Below, piece after piece: positions 58,629 to 64,000 of a DNA stretch of 64,000 bases; within the stretch, counting starts at the first letter, position 1; each line of letters begins with the position of its first letter. Source of the stretch: Lineus longissimus (Eukaryota); contig NC_088308.1 of NCBI RefSeq assembly GCF_910592395.1, forward strand, positions 62,001 to 126,000, given 5' to 3'. Made by a program: the position numbers and the translations under genes. The notes below the pieces were generated by a model. That model made no database searches. It was not told the DNA's origin and was given only the letters and a program-made list of their open reading frames with translations.

Positions 58629-59553
58629 CTCCCCAAGCTCTCATCACATTCTGTAGCCAAGTCACGCTTTGATGGTTGAGCAATTACCTGGTTTGTTATC
58701 TAGGTGACGGCCATGCCCCAGCAGAGGTTCAACTCCCCAAGCTCTCATCACATTCTCTAGCCAAGTCACGCTTTGATGGTTGAGCAATTACCTGGTTTGT
58801 TATCTAGGTGACGGCCATGCCCCAGCAGAGGTTCAACTCCCCAAGCTCTCATCACATTCTCTAGCCAAGTCACGCTTTGATGGTTGAGCAATTACCTGGT
58901 TTGTTATCTAGGTGACGGCCATGCCCCAGCGGAGGTTCAACTCCCCAAGCTCTCATCACATTCTATAGCCAAGTCACGCTTTGATGGTTGAGCAATTACC
59001 TGGTTTGTTATCTAGGTGACGGCCATGCCCCAGCGGAGGTTCAACTCCCCAAGCTCTCATCACATTCTATAGCCAAGTCACACTTTGATGGTTGAGCAAT
59101 TACCTGGTTTGTTATCTAGGTGACGGCCATGCCCCAGCAGAGGTTCAACTCCCCAAGCTCTCATCACATTCTATGGCCAAATCATGCTTAGATAGTCGAC
59201 CTGGTTTGTTATCTAGGTGACGGCCATGCTCCAGCAGAGGTTCAACTCCCCAAGCTCTCATCACATTCTGTAGCCAAATCACGCTTTGATAGTTGAGCAA
59301 TTACCTGGTTTGTTATCTAGGTGACGGCCATGCTCCAGCAGAGGTTCAACTCCCCAAGCTCCCATCACATTCTGTAGCCAAGTCACGCTTTGATAGTTGA
59401 GCAATTACCTGGTTTGTTATCTAGGTGACGGCCATGCCCCAGCAGAGGTTCAACTCCCCAAGCTCTCATCACATTCTCTAGCCAAATCATGCTTAGATGG
59501 TCGACCTGGTTTGTAATCTAGGTGACTGCCATACCCCAGCAGAGGTTCAACTC
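58629..59553. repeat. 104-bp tandem repeat, 9 units
   Basis: ctcccca starts at 58629, 58733, 58837, 58941, 59045, 59149, 59246, 59350, 59454. Confidence 0.93.
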
Positions 59554-61569
59554 AACATCGTCCAATGCTGGCAGATCGATAGAAAAAAACACTCATCAAC
59601 CGCATGTGGTGGAACAAAATTGCACACGAGTCACTTTTGTGATTTATAGAGAGGAGGCCAGTAACTGTCCAGTAACATCTTTATCTTAGCATTGCTGCAT
59701 ATCCATCAACATGCCCTGTGAGCAATGTCTGACAGTTACCACCTCTTGAGTGCTGATAACAAGCTAAAAATGATGACCGAAGATGAAAGATCAGTATTTC
59801 ATGTGATATTAAAAAGGATGAGATAAAGGAATTTTGAATGATAGATGCTTGTTGATTCCTTCTGCTGAATATTGGTTCATTTACTGCCTTTGATAAATGA
59901 CTGAGATTTAAAAAAATGCTATTAAGGTAATTTCATTGATGAGGCTGGTCGAATTTCTTGGGAGACAAATGTAATGTTGCCCCCTGCAAATGGCCGTATT
60001 TCAGAAAACTAAGCCAAATTTCTGGTGGCGCGGTTGGCCTAGATTTTCAGATTTGTGAAGCCCGTACAGTGACACCATTTGGCAGGTCGAATGACATGAA
60101 TGACTCTATGATTATAAGTCTAGCTGCCTTTAGAGATCAACAGTGTCCAAGGTATGGCCCTCAGTGTCTGTTCACGGCTGGTTGATGCTGCCTGCTGTGT
60201 TTTGTATAAATGGGTCTTATGGCAATGTCACAATAGAACACAAAGTACAAATAATAAACAACACACACAGTGAGTGAGCCAATTGTCACAAACAGTATTT
60301 AGAAATGTGACTAATCCTATGTGAGTGAGCCATGTCAATTTCTAATAACTTGGTCATCAGCAGAAGAAAGGATCAGGATTAACCCTTGGTCTCTTGACTG
60401 ATAAAGAGGAAAATTGTATAGCACTTCATAGGCCTACTATACCACAGCCTCAAAGCACTTTACATCCTTTCCCAGCCTAATCTGGGAACCTTTCAATAGA
60501 AATCTAGCGCGCACATGCTGTGCTGCTCTTGGCTATATGAGGCCAGTTGAAAGTGAACCGACTGGTCCTGACTGGGCTTGGAACCCGGTAATTCTTGGAA
60601 CCCACATCCTTTCGACCGCAAGTCAGTTGTTTTTCCATTAAATGCTTATGAATCAAGCTGTACAGCATGCCTACTGAGAACCTAGCTTCTCTTACCTGAA
60701 CAACACCCTTCACTACCTTCATTGCCCTCATGTTAGACATACCAACCTGACTTAAAGTGTCTAATAGAATCAATCATTGGAGCCAGAGTTACATAACATG
60801 TTAGCTACCTGAATCCCTTCTGGGGCCCGGGAGATATAGGATTCCCCTCAATGAAGCTTGTATGCAGAGTATGGGCCCTATTCGATGGCTTGTAAGAATT
60901 GAATCACTCTATGCAGAATTCATGATATGGATATATTTATTGAATTCCTAAAGTTCCTTTCAGTTGGTTGAGCTTCAGACTTGAAATTCTTTGGGCCATA
61001 TATTGCATGTACTGCACTCTCAGACAGGCTTTTCCCATCGGTCATTTTGAGTGAAACAAGTTCTCAAACAGACATGGCTGTGAACTAAAGGGTTAACAGT
61101 AGCAACAGCTTTATTATTGGTTAATGGTGACTTGCTCAGTTGTCATGATAAATAGTCTATTCGAAGCTTTCATGATGATAGATGACTGGAGCGCCTGCTC
61201 ATACAGACATGTTTTCATTGAGAATTCATCATAATTGTATCAAAATCCTCCATAGTCGGTCATGGTATGTGTGTGACACTATTAGATGCCCTAGTGGTGT
61301 ATTCAATGGGTTATTTGACATTGATTAACACCTGCTTTAGCTGTGGATATTAGCTCAGGGATATTGGTCTCGGAATAATAAAAAAAATTTTTTTTTGTAT
61401 CATGTTTGAATAACCCTGCCTGAGAGGCTAATATCAGAAGTCAATGTCATTGAACTGGGAATCTATGTTTTTGATCCAAGAGTCCATTATTGTGTTACAT
61501 TCTTGCTTACAGTGCTTGTGAGTATCGAGTAGGAGCGCTGCATAGTTTCTCTTATTACTGCTTGAAACA

Positions 61570-62691
61570 AAGTCCACTTGGTGTGGAAGCTGATGACACC
61601 ACAATCATTACAGTTGAAGATTATCAAGTCCACTTGGTGTGGAAGCTGATGACACCACAATCATTACAGTTGAAGATTATCAAGTCCACTTGGTGTGGAA
61701 GCTGATGACACCACAATCATTACAGTTGAAGATTATCAAGTCCACTTGGTGTGGAAGCTGATGACGCCACAATCATTACAGTTGAAGATTATCAAGTCCA
61801 CTTGGTGTGGAAGCTGATGACACCACAATCATTACAGTTGAAGATTATCAAGTCCACTTGGTGTGGAAGCTGATGACACCACAATCATTACAGTTGAAGA
61901 TTATCAAGTCCACTTGGTGTGGAAGCTGATGACACCACAATCATTACAGTTGAAGATTATCAAGTCCACTTGGTGTGGAAGCTGATGACGCCACAATCAT
62001 TACAGTTGAAGATTATCAAGTCCACTTGGTGTGGAAGCTGATGACACCACAATCATTACAGTTGAAGATTATCAAGTCCACTTGGTGTGGAAGCTGATGA
62101 CACCACAATCATTACAGTTGAAGATTATCAAGTCCACTTGGTGTGGAAGCTGATGACACCACAATCATTACAGTTGAAGATTATCAAGTCCACTTGGTGT
62201 GGAAGCTGATGACACCATAATCATTACAGTTGAAGATTATCAAGTCCACTTGGTGTGGAAGCTGATGACACGACAATCATTACAGTTGAAGATTATCAAG
62301 TCCACTTGGTGTGGAAGCTGATGACACCACAATCATTACAGTTGAAGATTATCAAGTCCACTTGGTGTGGAAGCTGATGACACGACAATCATTACAGTTG
62401 AAGATTATCAAGTCCACTTGGTGTGGAAGTTGATGACACCACAATCATTACAGTTGAAGATTATCAAGTCCACTTGGTGTGGAAGCTGATGACACGACAA
62501 TCATTACAGTTGAAGATTATCAAGTCCACTTGGTGTGGAAGCTGATGACACGACAATCATTACAGTTGAAGATTATCAAGTCCACTTGGTGTGGAAGCTG
62601 ATGACACCACAATCATTACAGTTGAAGATTATCAAGTCCACTTGGTGTGGAAGCTGATGACACCACAATCATTACAGTTGAAGATTATCAA
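61570..62691. repeat. 56-bp tandem repeat, 20 near-identical units
   Basis: aagtccacttggtgtggaagctgatgacaccacaatcattacagttgaagattatc repeated head-to-tail with rare substitutions and no spacers. Confidence 0.95.
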
Positions 62692-63128
62692 GAAGTAAAG
62701 CAGTTACAATTGAGTTTGATTATTTTTTCATATAAACTCTAACAGGAGTAGAAAGGTCATGGATTCTCGACTAGACTAACCTAAATGACAGCTCTACAAG
62801 TATCCATGATGACTGCCTATAATGTATGATTAAACATCACCCAGACATACACCACTGTGTTATTCCCCTGTACATTTATTATTAATTCAATTGGGGAAAA
62901 TAGATTTTACTGGAGCACTGAATATCCACTTACAACTAATGAACCAGATATTTTTATCAAATATGTGAGTGGGATTTACACGCTGGGTGTTGGTTGGCCC
63001 CTAGATATGCATCAAAGGCTCGACTGATTTCCATAACTCTTTTTTCAATGCAAGCCATAACATAACCAGTGATGTGAGACATGAAGAAAGATCAAATCAC
63101 ACTACACAGACACGAAGTTTGAAGAGAT

Positions 63129-64000
63129 TCACACGTCAGCTTTTTGACAATCAGCTGATTGGTTTGAGTTGACAGTTGCTGTCGGTGTCGTTTCCCATGA
63201 TGATTTCTGTTGTAGTTTTAGTATCTTACGAAATGCAGTCCTCAGTTGTCTATTTTTCAAGAAATATATGATAGGATTGATGGCTGAATGTGACACAGCC
63301 AAACAGAAAGCAAGCGGTTTATAAATCATCAGGTTTTTGCTATAAAAGAAATGCTGAGTAATCAAAATCAAATCAAAAGGTATCCAACACGCGATGTAAC
63401 ATCCAAGAATAATTGCGATGAACTTGGCTGTCTGTATTTCACGTTTATACGAGGCGTTGACGATACTACTTGAACTGGTGGCTTGAATCTTTTTGCGCTG
63501 TCCATAGATGGAGTAGAAGACAAACCCGTAGAGAGTCACCACGATCAGTGATAGAATGAGCAAGTGAAAGGCTATGAGCAGGTAGTACCACGTCACAAAC
63601 GTCTTCTCGAGGCGGCACACTTCGTTCTTGGCCCAGTTGTTCATGCCAGCGATGGGTAGAATGGCTATGATGCAGGAGTACACCCACACCACTGCAATAC
63701 CGTAGAGACCCATCTTTGGCTTGGCTTTATTCGTATATGTGTAATAGATGGGTGCCATGACTGCAACGAAGCGATCTACGGCTATCAGGAAAACTGTCAA
63801 CACAGAGGAAGCGAGGGCTAACATTGACATCCCAAAATCAACTAAACATAAGTATTTGTAAAGCTGAGTATGTGTCCATGGGTAAAAGTAAGTGGCAACA
63901 TCAAACGGCATCGCGATGGCTACACATATGTCAGCGATGGCCAAACTGGCGATGAGGTAGTATGTTGAAGTCCGGAATTGTTTGAAGCTTGTAATAGCCA
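63129..64000 (-). CDS. Class A (rhodopsin-family) G protein-coupled receptor, 5'-truncated by window edge
   Basis: Uninterrupted ORF open to the window end: YYLIASLAIAD (TM2), AVDRF (DRY variant), VVWVYS (TM4), CWIP (TM6), HSAINPIIY (TM7), helix 8 LRTAFRKIL. Ligand class cannot be assigned. Confidence 0.92.
   Translation of the reverse strand, partial: AITSFKQFRTSTYYLIASLAIADICVAIAMPFDVATYFYPWTHTQLYKYLCLVDFGMSMLALASSVLTVFLIAVDRFVAVMAPIYYTYTNKAKPKMGLYGIAVVWVYSCIIAILPIAGMNNWAKNEVCRLEKTFVTWYYLLIAFHLLILSLIVVTLYGFVFYSIYGQRKKIQATSSSSIVNASYKREIQTAKFIAIILGCYIACWIPFDLILITQHFFYSKNLMIYKPLAFCLAVSHSAINPIIYFLKNRQLRTAFRKILKLQQKSSWETTPTATVNSNQSADCQKADV

Noticed and set aside
61570..62691. CRISPR-like array
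   Set aside because: Units are head-to-tail with no unique spacers, no cas genes, eukaryotic context.

Overview
Eukaryotic (animal, probably invertebrate) genomic DNA with spliceosomal introns and many repeats; no prokaryotic features. I could assemble five protein-coding genes by hand from GT-AG junctions: (1) an uncharacterised two-TM protein with several PPxY motifs (+, 7843-12645); (2) a 14-exon FAM234-like FG-GAP beta-propeller membrane protein (+, 18206-32122); (3) NOL11 (-, 32737-38077), which has a U12-type minor intron; (4) the NMD kinase SMG1 (+, 38392 to >57542, head-to-head with NOL11, incomplete); (5) a class A GPCR (-, 63129 to >64000), apparently nested antisense in a long SMG1 intron. 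Non-coding DNA holds several MITE-like TIR elements and many tandem repeats. The two most unusual observations are four separate tandem duplications in SMG1 that each copy an exon end with its 5' splice site (arrays of in-frame or PTC-generating donors in the NMD kinase gene), and a phase-compatible candidate exon inside the NOL11 U12 intron that could be mutually exclusive by U12/U2 incompatibility. All gene models are manual and unverified by expression data.
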